The notes beneath the pieces were generated by a model. That model was given only the letters and a program-made list of their open reading frames with translations. It was not told where the DNA came from and ran no database searches. A stretch of DNA of 63,562 nt, filler included, from Conidiobolus incongruus B7586 (lineage: Eukaryota), in assembly GCA_000697335.1 (NCBI GenBank). It is 6 parts of 6 records of this genome, joined end to end, with 100 filler letters (N's around TTAATTAATTAA, not from the genome) between each part and the next. Parts side by side here need not be neighbours in the genome. Positions count along the whole stretch, not along the records: positions 1 to 16,248 come from JNEM01006046.1; 5 more parts are not named here. The stretch is one strand, 5' to 3'. A program made the position numbers and the translations under genes. Below, one piece after another: positions 1 to 13,479 of this stretch (positions within the stretch are counted from its first letter, which is position 1; every line of letters starts with the position of its first letter).

Positions 1-43
1 TTATATATTGATTATAAAATATATTAAATTCAAAATATCAAAG

Positions 44-45
<2 letters not shown>

Positions 46-79
<34 letters not shown>
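46..79. repeat. (TA)n microsatellite
   Basis: Uninterrupted TA dinucleotide run of about 17 units. Confidence 0.95.
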
Positions 80-82
<3 letters not shown>

Positions 83-847
83 TAAAAAAATACCAAATCT
101 AATATATTAGCCAGATTACAGCTTATATAATATAATTATTTCAAGTAATTATAAAATATTCCTATATGAAAAAGAGTTTATAAACAATTTAATTTTAGTT
201 CTAAATTAAGAGTTGTTTTATAGGTATTAAAAGTCTATTTACAATATAACAAGAAATTATTAAAAACAAAAAAAATTGATTTTAAAATATATATTTTTTT
301 GTAATTTAAATATTAAATTTTTTTTTAATCTCAAAAAATTCCATTATTTAAAATTTAGAGTAATATGGAAAATATATTTGATTTTCAGTTAAAAATAAAA
401 GTATCCTAAATAATATATCTAATAACATTTGAATTTTAACCCTAAATGTAATTAAAACTTTTTTTTCATTTTTGATTTAATTATTTAATTGAGACAAATA
501 TTAAATAGAAATTAATAAGGCTCATAAATATTTGATCAAAGATAAATAGTTTTGAACAAGGATTATAACAAGGATGAAGTATTAGATAACACTCAAAATT
601 TAATTTTAATTAAATTTGAAAAACCAGTTCGATCCTAATATGATTGTTAGAATATGGATTAATTCTATAGAAATTTAGTTTTATATTCTGAATTCTAAAT
701 ATTATTAATAAAAATGACTATAAATAAATATTTGATACTAAATTTGTCAACTAAGTAAAATAATTAACTACATTATACTCGATTGATTTATTGAAATTCA
801 ATATTTTTAATTCCAATGATTCAAAAAAATAATAATCATTCATTAAT

Positions 848-1727
848 TTATAATTTTCCGTAATATGGACCTAATTCGGCAAGTTCCAAATCCTTTACAG
901 TTTGTTGGAGGAAATCTGACCTCAAAATGGAATATATATCTCCTCCTGATACCATTTTACTACCATATAATCCACCTATTTCTTTGGCTTTGCTTAGTAA
1001 TTGGTCGTTGGGAGCAATTGCATCGACCAATCCACAATGTAATGCTTCTTCAGCTTTGAAACGATGGCCTAATAGCAATAATTGTCTGAATGTCCCAAAA
1101 TCTCTCACTTTGGCACGGAATAGGGTTGTAATAGCTGGTGGTAAAGGTAGTGCTAAGTCTATTTCATTCTAAAAAGAGGATTTAATTTAAAGAAATAGTA
1201 TAATTATTTAATGGGTATTACCATGCACAAATATCCTTTATCGGACCTCATTACTCTTAAATCATGAGCCATGGCAAATACCTATTTAAATCTTTAATAA
1301 AAATTTAATTAACAACTTAATCCCAACTTACAGTACCAGCAGCGAAACAATGGCCATTTAAAGCTGCAATAGTTGGCATTGGAAACTTGAGCAATTTCAA
1401 TAACATCATATGATAAATTTTGTTGAATTCAGTTATACCAATCTCCTGAATACTTTCAATATCTAAACCATTGGAGAACATTCGACCCTCGCCGATCGTG
1501 ATTAACGCTCTTGGAACCTTTAAATCTTCACGTTCTTTCCAATAAAAATTTTCAATATCTGACATTGCTTGTAGTAAAGCATTCATATGCCTTGGACTGA
1601 AGGTATTGTCGCCATTAGTCAATTTTAAAACGAATACATTCTCGTGCAATTCTACTCTACATGTTGGCTGTAAGTTGTCGTTTTTGGGGTAACTTTGAGG
1701 GAACTGTATTGGGTTTGAATTTGACAT
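848..1727 (-). CDS. Enoyl-CoA hydratase/isomerase (crotonase) family, delta3-delta2-enoyl-CoA isomerase-like; 3 exons (1727-1332, 1281-1222, 1168-848)
   Basis: Spliced reading gives FSNGLD...PMPTIAALNGHCFAAGT|VFAMAHDLRVMRSDKGYLCM|NEIDLALPLP...AEEALHCGLVD, typical crotonase motifs. The GT-AG introns keep frame. C-terminal GKL resembles a PTS1. Confidence 0.88.
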
Positions 1728-3011
1728 TGGTGTTGAATAATTTATGATAATTCAGGTGATGTTGGTGGTATTTATACTGTTAAAAATGATTTTATTAGTA
1801 TAAGCATAACTGTTGTTTAATTATCATAAGCAAAATAAATTGAAAGAAAATATGCTTGTGATATAAAAAGAGGATTAAAAATAATTAAAGAAATTAATTC
1901 AACATGTTAATCATATTTTTATCCATATTTTTGAATAGATAATCAATATAATTAAATTATTTTTTTTATTTTTAACTTCTAAAATACCCTATATTCAAAA
2001 GGTGAAACAAATCTTTCATTTAATTTTATTTCATAATTAAACTATAATTCAGTATTAAATACAATATAAAACTAATATTGTTATTAAATTATATATTACA
2101 GCGATTAAACTCTAAATAATAACAATATATCGTATTTATTTTAACTCAAAACATTAATACATATTTATGTTAAATATGATTATTGAATATTCTATAATCA
2201 AATATGAATATATAGAAATGGCATTAGCCAAAGAAATGACTATATTGATTCCATTTAACACTGGTAAATTTACTATATGATATAATATTTCTAATTTCCC
2301 TATCAAAGATGTTTAATTCCAAAAGCAATAATTAATATTGTATATTCAAATCAAAGCTCAAATTATTATTTAAATTTAGTTACTTTGCGAAAATACGACT
2401 ATAATTTTTGATGAATAAATTTTTAAATAATTTGAATTAAATGTAATATATCTGAAATAAAGTTTCGGCATTCCTACTCCATATTGATCTCTTATCTTTA
2501 CTATCATTTGCCAATTTATATGATTTCATTCTTTTCCATATAAAGTGTGAAGTAGACAAAGAATGTTCTGAAGAAGTAGAATTAATTAATATCAATTATT
2601 GAATTACAAGGTATAATTATTAATAAAACATTAATGCATTTCTAATATTATAATTTGTATCTGATTATTTGTCAACTTTATCTCTACAAACAATTAAAAC
2701 GTTAGTTTTTATTAAATTTGACAGTTTTGTTAGAATAATTATGTTTTTGTCTGAAGTCCAATCAAATTAAAAATCATTGAGAAGTGAATTGGGCTGAGCC
2801 AATAAAATTTATTAAAGTGGAATGATTTATTGATAAGTATAAACCTGTCCCTTAACTCAAATCAATATCACCAATTTCAAATTAAATCCACTTTTACAGT
2901 TATATTAATTCTAACTGTTCAATTTTGATAATTTTGTTAATAATTAGTTAATCCTATATATAATTATAATTGAAATAATAATAACATTTAATAGAAAATA
3001 TTGCAAATATA

Positions 3012-5439
3012 ATGAGTTTGAATTATTTATTCCTATTCAATATAATAATGTCTGCACCAGAAGGTACACTACCAATTCCTAAAATCACAATTCCCAGTTT
3101 AACTCCCAAGGTTTAGAACATCGGGTGAAATCGCTACCGGGTTTGAGTGAAACACCTCCGTTCGATCAGCATTCAGGTTATTTGAGCTTAGGGAAAGATT
3201 CTGGCGATTCTAGATATTTTTATTGGTTATTTCACAATTCTAAAAAGATTGATAAGGATAAAAATAATAAAATTGTAAGTGTGTTTTATTGAATATTTTG
3301 ATCCAATGGTATTAATCAGTTTTTTGGTTTTAGTTGATATGGTTAAATGGAGGTAATAAATTATTAGGTTAGAATTATTGAATTTATTCATTAATACAAT
3401 TTTTTTAGGTCCTGGATGGTAAATATCATAGAAATACTTAATATTTAAAAAACTAATCAACAATATTATTTTTATTTAAATTATAATCTAGTACAAGGTA
3501 ACATAAACTCTAAGTGCTAAACAAATAAAATTAATTGAATTTTTAGTGCGGACGGAATCATCCTAGAAAAAGGAATCTTCAACATATCTGGAGATATTGA
3601 AACTCCTAGTGAAATTAAATTAAAAGTAGTAGAGGAGGGTTGGCACACCTTTACCAAAGTTCTAATGGTGGATCAGCCTTTGGGTACCGGTTACAGTATT
3701 GGTCAAACTAAATTTTATGCTCAGAATGTTAATCAAGTAATTTTGTTCATAATGAAAAATGATTGGTTATTGATTATTATTAGGCTTCTGATTATTTTGC
3801 AATGTTTATGAAAGAATTTTTTAATAAGTATCCAGAGTATAAAGATGACGAAGTAAATTTATCTTATATAAAGTTAATTTTATCAAATTGCTTATTATTG
3901 TTTTATTTAGATTTATATAGGTGGTGAAAGTTGGGCAGGAGTTTGGATACCTTATATCGCTGATAAATTAATTAAAACACGATCTCAAGTAACAATTTAA
4001 TGCATATATATAATTGATAAAGACTAACTAATTTGACTAGGTTAAACTAAAAGGTTTAATGATTGGTAACGGTTGGATGGATCCAGTGAATCAAGTAATA
4101 AGTTTATAATATTAAAATTTATTACCATGTAATTTATCATAACTTTTTAGTATCCTGGATTTATTCCATATCTCGAAAAGAATAAAGTATTATCCTCAGA
4201 GAATTTAGTAAGTGATTTCATTATGACTATCGTTCATAATATTGATATTGACTAATAATCAGGATAAATTAAAAGAAAAATATAAAGAAACTTGTGAACC
4301 CAAACTAAAAGATAATCCTCACAGTTTAAGAGTAGAAGCTTGTGAAAATATTATTAAGGAAATTACCGAATATACTGTTAAAGGGTAATCTTGGTATTAT
4401 TGTACTGTAGATTTATTATTTATTATTGAAATAGGGAAAAACCTGACAGGACTTGTTTAAATGTATATGATATTCGATTAAGGGATCCTTATCCAGATTG
4501 TGGTATGGCTTGGCCTCCCAATGTTGATATTTTTAGAACATATATGGCTGTAATTTTTTCACTTAATGATAATTTTTAAATATTCTAATATTTGAATTTT
4601 AGAGACCTGACGTTGCTACTGCACTTCATGGCGAATTACCCAAAGATCACAATTGGATGGAGTGTGATTCTACAGTTTATCAAGTGATTGAGAAGGATCC
4701 TTCTAAACCACCAATTGAAGTAAGTTAAAATATTCCACAATTTTAACGATTGTTATTGTGTTAACTGTTTTATTTTTAGCTAATTCCCGACCTATTAAAA
4801 ACCCTTAAAATATACCTATTTGTTGGTGACAAAGATTTAATGACCCCAATTACAGGAGTTCAAACCATGGTAAATAAATTAGTTGAAAAATATCCCAAAT
4901 CAATGCAAACGAAGCAAGAATCTCATTGGTTCCATTCGCTTCCCGCATCGCCAGAAGGTGAAATCATCAATTATCCACAGCTAAATTTGACATTCGCATC
5001 GGTTTATGACGGTAGTCATATGGTATCGTACGACAAACCCTCGGAAGTGTCAGGACTCCTGAGGTTCTTTATGACAGACCAAGATAAATTGGAAGACAGT
5101 CCCACATTCTTCTTGGGTGAGAAGAAAATTGAAGTAGTAAATGACGAACCTCCTGTCATCTCCATTTTGGAGAATGATCCCACTATTTCGGATACTCATG
5201 TAAAAACTGCCTCTAATTTCTATTTCTACATACCTATCCTTATCATCATCTTGGGAATTACAGGTGGTGTAGTTTGGTTCTTATTCAATCGTCAACAACG
5301 TAAAAAATTCCTCGATATTCATCATCCTATCAATGAGGAGAGTGGTTTGGTGGATAATGATGAAGATGAAATTTTATTATCCGAACGTGGTGGCTTTATG
5401 GATGGTTATCACGACGATGATGACGAAGAAGATTTTTAA
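3012..5439 (+). CDS. KEX1: Serine carboxypeptidase S10, Kex1-like (C-terminal TM helix and acidic tail); many short introns
   Basis: Spliced motifs HRVKSLPG, QHSGYL, WLNGGPGCTS, VDQPLGTGYS, GESWAGVWIPY (catalytic Ser), IGNGWMDP, CLNVYDIR, LFVGDKDL and GSHMVSYDKP (catalytic His), followed by a hydrophobic TM segment and a D/E-rich cytosolic tail. Confidence 0.85.
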
Positions 5440-5677
5440 GATTTAAATAGTGAGATGTATAAAATGTTTTTTTGATATAATCATAATAAATTTTAAAATT
5501 TCATTTATATTATCAACTTTTAATTCATTAATTTTTGGGTTTTGATTATGAGGGATCTAATTATATATATCAAGATATAATCCCACAATTTTCAATATTT
5601 TGATACTAATTTTAGAAGTCATCATTCGTTTCACTCCATATTTAAACTAAATAATTAATACTCCATTGCAAAAAATA

Positions 5678-6133
5678 ATGAGTGTAAAACAATCAAGCAC
5701 TAGACTAATAACTCTAGGATTTTACCTCAATGAATTACGAACTTTTCGCAATCAAAGTATTCTGAAGAGCACATGTCACGATCTTCAATTAAATGGCTTT
5801 TACAAACCCGGCAAACCTGGGCGCATAATAGTCCAAAGCACGGATTATGACCACATCCAACAATTCCTATTCGTCATCAAATCACTCAATATCAAACAAT
5901 GTACATTAAACGCCCTACAACAAATTGACATTCCTAAAGATTATCCAATAATTCATGGATTTCACAAATGTGGACAAGATTCCGAACTCCAAACTCTATT
6001 AAATAAATATAAATTGGAAATGTTGTGGAATGATTTAATACAGAGAAGTGTTAGCAATTTCCCAAGTTGGGAGATGTTACAACAGAGTCAACATCACAAT
6101 GATACAACTGACCAAGACGATAATTCGATATGA
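5678..6133 (+). CDS. DUF1115 / RWDD2 C-terminal-like domain protein
   Basis: Single-exon ORF with elevated GC. LQLNGFYKPGKPGRIIVQS resembles the conserved L.GF..PGKPG.I.VEG motif of RWDD2/DUF1115. Confidence 0.55.
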   Translation: MSVKQSSTRLITLGFYLNELRTFRNQSILKSTCHDLQLNGFYKPGKPGRIIVQSTDYDHIQQFLFVIKSLNIKQCTLNALQQIDIPKDYPIIHGFHKCGQDSELQTLLNKYKLEMLWNDLIQRSVSNFPSWEMLQQSQHHNDTTDQDDNSI

Positions 6134-6593
6134 ATTTTGAGATATTTTTTTCAGGAGGGTTGGTTTAAGTGATTTAAATTAAATTTATTAAATTATGTTA
6201 AAATTTTAATACTTATAAACATATTTTGAATGGGTGATAGTATTACAACATGTCATTTATTGATAAAAAGTCAGTTTCCAAAATGAAAAGAAAATCATTC
6301 AAACGAAAGTACATTAATTATTTATAAATAAACCAAAAAAATACAATAACATTGCTATTTAATCAAATGTGAATTTTTTTAATCTTTCAATATTAATATA
6401 TATTATTCCATTTGTAATTCATAATGTTTATTATTTCCAATTAATACATCAATATCTAAGGTTGAAATTAGAAATCATTTTAATTCATTCACAATCCCAT
6501 AATAAAAATAATAATGGGATTAGTAAATAAATTTACCCACATCTCTAATATCATTTTTTAACAATTAATTTAAAAAAGATAGATAAATTAATT

Positions 6594-8493
6594 ATGACAG
6601 AACCTATACAAGTGATTAATCCCAATAATGGAACGAACCCAATTGATTTATTAAGCAATATTAATAATACCACAGCTGGAAATAAAAAGAATAAAAAAGT
6701 TAATAAACGTCATAAGAAGAAGAAGAATAGAAATAATGACCAAGTAAATAATTATTTTCTTAACTAATTTTTACTAATTTTTTTAGAATAATGATACTGA
6801 AACTGAAACTAATGAGGAGAAAGAGCCCAAAGAGGAGAAGAAAAAACCACATATAGAGATCGAATATGTTGGTGAATTACCTGTTGATACCGATAACCCT
6901 CTGTATGATCAATTTAGCGTTGTATTTTCTAAATTTTCTTTGGACAATCAAAATGATAGCAATAATCCGAATTTTGATGTAAATTGAATTCTAAATAACT
7001 TTGAATTGAATTAACTTTTGATTTGGCTTAGTATGAAATGAATGTATCTACCAAAAACCATCCCGACGAAGAGGATGAAAACTATTTGGATGATGAAAAT
7101 GTGACATTATCTAAAAAGAAGCTCAAAAAATTAAATAGGATGAGCATTGCGGAATTGAAACAGTTAACGAAATGTCCAGAAGTCGTCGAGTGGGTCGACG
7201 TGACTGCAAGCGATCCCACGCTATTATTATCTTTGAAGGCCCACCACAATACTGTACCAGTACCCGCTCACTGGTCTCAAAAGCGCAAGTACTTACAAGG
7301 TAAGAGAGGTGTTGAGAAGCCTCCTTTCGAATTGCCAGACTTCATTAAGGATACTGGTATTATGGAAATGAGAGCCGCTGCTAAGGAGAAGGAAGATGCC
7401 TCCAAACTTAAAACCAAGGCTAGGGAAAGAATGCAACCTAAGATGGGCAAATTAGATATTGATTATCAACGACTTCATGATGCTTTCTTCCGCTTCCAAA
7501 CGAAACCTCGCTTGACAAAACATGGTGAATTGTACTATGAGGGTAAGGAATTTGAAGCCAAGCTCAAGGAAAAGAAACCAGGTCAGTTAAGTGAAGAACT
7601 TAAAGCTGCATTGAATATTCCTCCATTAGCTCCTCCCCCTTGGTTGATTAATATGCAGCGTTTTGGACCTCCTCCAAGTTATCCCAATCTTAAAATCCCT
7701 GGTCTCAATTGTCCCATTCCTCATGTAGCCAATTGGGGTTACCATCCTGGTGGTTGGGGTAAGCCTCCAGTAGATGAAAACAATCGTCCACTCTACGGTA
7801 ACGTATTCGGTATCAATCAATTCGACTACAACAATGACAACGCTGAAAATATAAACAAAGAACTCTGGGGTACTATTGTTTCTGATGAAGAGTACGAGGA
7901 AGAGGAGGAAGAGGGAGAACAAGAAGAAGAGCCCGCTGAGGAAGCTCTCGTTAAGCAGGAAGTCGACTTTCAAGAGCCCGTTCCGCCAACGCAGGACAAC
8001 CTTGCCGAAGGTTATGCCACACCAAGTGGATTCAGCAGCGTCCAAACTGGCCTCCAAACACCCGAGTTTGTCGAACTTAGGAAAGGACGCAAGCTTGAGG
8101 AAGAATCCAAACAACTGTTCCATATTCTACCGGAGCAACAGGCATCCATTACGGGTATGATGGGCTCGCAGCACGTCTATAACATGGAAATCCTGGGTGA
8201 AGAATCCAAAGAGCTGCGTAAAAGACGCAGATTCGACGTTGACGTCTCGCTCGACCCCTCCGAACTCGAGAATCCTGACGCAGTCGCTGCCAAGTATCAA
8301 GCAGCCCAAACGGTGAGTGATTAAACTTTCTATATTTATATTCAATACTAATCCTTACATATAGCAAAATATTGGCGGCTCTACCGAAGATCTCAGCGAT
8401 CTCGTAGCCGAAAACAATTTGAAACGCAACCAAAAACGTGCTGAAAAATCTACGAAATCCGGAACTTACAAGACACGAGACTTTAAATTTTAA
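6594..8493 (+). CDS. SF3B2: Splicing factor 3B subunit 2 (SAP145/Cus1)
   Basis: Motifs VVEWVDVTASDP, VPVPAHWSQKRKYLQGKRG, KMGKLDIDYQRLHDAFF and the PSP domain PPPWLINMQRFGPPPSYP. Last exon 8365-8493 ends ...RDFKF*. Confidence 0.95.
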
Positions 8494-9936
8494 AATATTA
8501 TTTTTGCTCATTGTATCATGTGATTGAATCTAAAATAAAACGGTATATATTATAGTGTGTATTATAAATTTATTTTTTATTAGTTTTTATTTACAATATT
8601 GAGAAATTTTTTGAATTTTTCATTTCTTTTATGGAATTTCAATTAAATTTTGAATATTTTCTATATTCCATGAAAGAGTTTTTTTTATTATCCAACTATC
8701 TTTCTAATACTGTAATGGATTCCATATAAGTAAATTTTTTAAGTAATTAAAAATTAAATATATTTTTTGGACTGAAAAAATTTAAATTATTAATATCAAA
8801 AACAATCAAACAATTCAATATATATTATTGATGGGAAATAATCTTGTCCATCACTCAAGAAACTCTGGTTATCACCCTGATACAAGGAGTCACATCAGAA
8901 GTACCTCATTTCATGAACTAGTTAAACTTATCATTTTGTATTGTAAGGCATTCACATTCACAAGCATTCACAATTGAAACTAATATAAGATTATCACAAG
9001 CAAACTAATAAACACACCTTTCTATCTTCATTTTCAAAAGTATCCAGTCTCTAAGTTTTTCTTGTAACACTCACAAAAGTATTGAGTTGTGGCAAGTGTG
9101 AGATATTTACTTTATTTGAAGAACCCAATTTGCAGTAAGCCAATTTCACCTAATTTGGTGAACCCCCTTAATTTCCATTAACTTTGTGGCAATCTATTGT
9201 TTACCACTGGTGATTCCCCATTTAAGCTCTAAAAGTCTGTTTCCTCCCACGTTTACAGACACCATTATCATTGATATATTTTTCAGTTGGATGAAATTGC
9301 TATATCAAAAAATTAATTAGATATTAATATTTATATTATTCCATTTTGATTATTTAATTTATTAAATTTTTAATATTGTGATTAATTTTGTTACTTCATT
9401 TACATTAAAATTTTCTAATTTTATTTTTAAAATAGTTGCATTATGTTATCTGGATTCATCAAAACAATTCACCATCAATATACCATTTCACTTAATCTTA
9501 TATAGATTTTTTATAATATACTCTTAAATAATATCATTGTCAAATTAATGAAATTAATTTTCATTAACAATATTATTAAATTATTTTAATCAAAATATTT
9601 AACTTATAATGAAAATAAACAATTTATCAATGATTGATGTTGAATATAGGTTTGTTGATTAAATTAACCAACGTAATGATTATATATATATATATAATCA
9701 ATTAAATTACTATTTTTAATATAATTAATTTGATTAATTATTTTAATATTAAATATCGAATCAAACTTAAACACATTGACTTAATAATCCCATTAATTGA
9801 ATTTTTAAATTAGAGATTATAAATTAAACAATAATTAAAGGTCACTAATACTGATAAAAAATTTAAAATAAATATTATTAAATTAATTAAATAAAATAAT
9901 AATAATAGTACTATTAACTATAATCAATTTAAACTT

Positions 9937-11506
9937 ATGAAATTTAATAAAGTTAAATTTTCTATCTATCTATTGCTGCCGATAATTAACGGTTTCAAAT
10001 TTAAAGACTTACTACTTGAACCTAAGTATGATATTCTATATTCCCAATACCCATTACTAAAAAGCGAAAAGCAGCTTTATTTAAATTATGAAAAAGTAAC
10101 TAAATATATTATTATTTAATAAATATATTGTTATTAATATTTTATTTAGAAAATAGAATTTGATTTACCCGATAATTATCAAAATTATCAAAGTGAAAGA
10201 AATATTCTAAATAATGGAGAAACTGAGTACCTTTGTGAAACTTTAAAGAAGTCAAAAACTGACGATCCTTTGAAAACTTTGGGTGAGTCGAAACAACCTG
10301 AAGCTATTGCTAATGAGGTGGGGTTGGAATTGAGTAGGAAATTGAATAATGGATGTATTCATGCGGTAAATTGATTATAATTGGTACTCTAATTATTGAT
10401 ATTGATTTGTTGAATAGACTCTGAATTATTGGACGTATGAACTGTGTTTTAAAAAGTATATCAAACAGTATCACATTCCTAAGGAGGGTGAGAAGAATCC
10501 CGAAAAGGCTGTGTTCTATTTAGGGAGGTACGGAGCTGAAACTCAGTCCAAATCTAAAGACAATCTGCCAATGGTATTCAAAGAAGATGAAGGTGGCAAT
10601 TACTTATCTCAAGTGTGGGACGGAGGTACCAAATGTGATTTAACGGGAAGATCCAGGTCCACTGAAATTCGATTCGTATGTGCCGAAGGTCCTCAACCCC
10701 AGTTCAAATCCATTGCAGAATTAGAGACTTGTGTGTACCAAATAGTCATTCACGTTCCTTTATTGTGCCAAAATGACTTTTTCAAACCCCAAACTGATGT
10801 GAATTACAATTACATCACATGCTACGAGCTAGTATCCGACAAGGAGTACGACTCTATCCTCAGCGATCTCGAAACTCGCAAATCCTCAACCAGATTCCAA
10901 CCTTCCGAAATTGAAGGCACCGACTCCAAAAAGAATGTGATGGTAGACCAGTACGATATTCTGAAGGATTTGGACAAGCCCATCCCCACCCTCGACACCA
11001 AACTCAAGCCCACGAATCCCCAATACTTGGTAGACCTAGCGAGGTGGAAAATAGCTTTGGACCAAGAGTACCGTCTAATCCAAACCAAATTAGTATTCGT
11101 TGACACCCAAACCAAAAATCCCCAACAGTTAGCAATTCTCGAGAAACTCAACCGACGCAAAGCGGATTGCTTCGCAGCTTACAGTGAACTCCTAATGCTT
11201 GAGATGGAATGTAGATCCACTTCCGACCCCCCAGTCAATATCCATTCCTCCCAGTTCAGCGACGAAGACAGAAAAACCTTAAAGTATTTGGATACTGAAT
11301 TGGGTAAATTACCCGAATTTGAATTGGATCAGTCGGATTACGAAAGGGTTGTTAAGAATCTTTTGAGTAAGTTGTTGACTGACAATGGTGGTGACGAAGA
11401 AGGGGAAGATGATCATTCATGGTTTCGATTGGTAGATACTAATATTGCGCTGAAGCAAGATAGCGATAAAGAGGATCAGAATAATAGTGAGGATGATGAA
11501 TTATAA
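9937..11506 (+). CDS. YOS9: ER lectin OS-9/Yos9 (MRH domain); exons 9937-10095, 10150-10365, 10418-11506
   Basis: Signal peptide; YWTYELCFKKYIKQYH, GTKCDLTGRSRSTEIRFVC and ELETCVYQIVIHVPLLC; C-terminal DDEL ER-retention-like signal. Confidence 0.85.
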
Positions 11507-13224
11507 ACTCCAATTTTTTTTTAATTTTAATGTCAATTGTACAATATATTTTTCAAATTGACAACTTTAAAGATTTATTATAAAAATTTAATACTATATT
11601 TTATATAAATATCCTATTTATAATGTAGCATTCTTGCATTATTTCAATAATGAAGGGTAATTTGATAAATAATGAGAATCAATACTTCTAGACCAAAATT
11701 TCATTATTTATACTCATTAAAACTATTGTTGTATTGTAAAAATACCCTTCTGTCTAGATTTGATAGTTAGGTTCACATTACTCCCTGCTCATGGTGTAAT
11801 TATTAGTCTATAATCAAGTGATACTCTTTAGCTCCTTTATTAGAATTTATTCAAAACATATGCCACTCACTGAATGAATTATTTAAACTCTAAAGTGTCA
11901 AGATTAACAAGGAGGTTTTTTTTCTCTGAATATTCTGCTACAACATCTCAACAATAATTTTTAAGACACACAGTCCTGATATGTTAAAGAGCAGGATTAA
12001 TAAATAATTGACTAAATCATATTACAAGTACTTTTCTAACCATGATCTTTGTTTCCCAAAACTTATAAAAACTCAACACTATTTTATTTACTATCATACT
12101 AAACATAAATTAATTCTAATTAATTTCAAAAATTTTGAATATAAAAATTAATAATTTTATATCAAATTTAAAATTGTAAAATCAATCTAATACCATTAAA
12201 TTCTAATCAACTTAATTCATAATTTTCAATTCAATTTTCATAACTAAAAAATTGATGTTTCTAATCAATTGTGAATTTTTAATAATCTAATACTTTCTTA
12301 TAACTTGAAAATTAGATTTTTCCCTTCATCTTTATTGACATCTTTCAAAATCATATAATTCAAAATTCCTTCTATATTAATTAATATTTTTTAAATTGAA
12401 TTGTTTGTTGTAGTGATCTTATATATTCAATATTCATTATAATTGTATTTTTTATAATGAGTATAGAGATAAATGAAATTCAGTCATTTATTAATAAAAT
12501 CTATTTTAAATAATATATTTTTATTAAATACTAAATATGCCTATAAATTTTAAGATATACTTAAAATACTGATATTAATTGGAATCTATTATAGGCTCAA
12601 ATCAAAAGGTAATTACGTTAAAAGTTTATAATTAAACTAGATGACAGCATATCTCTAAACTACTCAAGGTTACCAGTGGTATAGATAGACTAAAAACATG
12701 TAAATTTAATATTACAATAAAAATTTATAAATTAAAATAATTTATTATTTTCAGAAAATTTAAATTTGAATTAGATTTAATTAGAAGAATAATTATTACT
12801 TAGGTTAGAAAATTGTATAATTTTTATTAATGGTATTAAATTCCTTTTTAATATAAGTTTCAAGAAATTTAAAAAGATTATAAATTAGTATATATGAATC
12901 AAAATTTATTAAAATAATAATACAATAAAATATTTTAATATAAACAACTTTATTCTTATAACATTGAATCTAACAGTAATTATGGACCTAGATCGTAAGG
13001 TAATAAATTAATTTTGAAGCAATTCAAATAAATCTTCGAGCACTTTTGCTATTGTATCGCTTTTTTCGATACTGTCTGAGCCAGATAGACATGATATAGA
13101 CAGAGTATAAAGAAATATTAGTATGAATAACTTCACTATAGATTTCTTAAAATTAATATTAGAAAACTACTATAAAAAGGTTGCAATTTTTTATCCAATC
13201 TGCATTTTGTGGCTAAGTGCTTGT

Positions 13225-13479
13225 TCAACATTTTGAGAATTTATCAATTTTAGGTGCAAGTAATTCGTTAAATATTTCACCATCATCATTCGGGTCGATA
13301 TCTTTGATTAACTTGTCAATTATATCGTCTAATTGTAAGCTGTGTATTAATTCAAATAGCGGTGAAGAGTTATCAAAATTGTCAATTTCTGGAAAATTTG
13401 ACAGCTGGTCATTGGAGGGATTACAATCTAAACTTGAAGCGAATTTTATGAAAATGGCAATTGGTATGATATATTTCAT
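13225..13479 (-). CDS. Small orphan secreted protein, possibly frameshifted or pseudogenised
   Basis: ATG plus signal-peptide-like MKYIIPIAIFIKFASS and an acidic helical body. Coding-like sequence continues in another frame beyond the stop. Confidence 0.45.
   Translation of the reverse strand: MKYIIPIAIFIKFASSLDCNPSNDQLSNFPEIDNFDNSSPLFELIHSLQLDDIIDKLIKDIDPNDDGEIFNELLAPKIDKFSKC

Noticed and set aside
2150..2950. Patchy coding-like stretches between the crotonase and KEX1 genes
   Set aside because: Many stops in all frames and no recognisable family.
7626..8511. Antisense or alternate-frame ORFs over SF3B2 (likewise over YOS9, eIF2-gamma, CWC22, UTP10 and NSUN2)
   Set aside because: Shadows of GC-richer coding sequence with no recognisable motifs.
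11700..12070. CpG-free, slightly GC-richer block with PCSWC in one frame, a possible retroelement fragment
   Set aside because: Too degenerate to assign; no further diagnostic motifs or defined ends.
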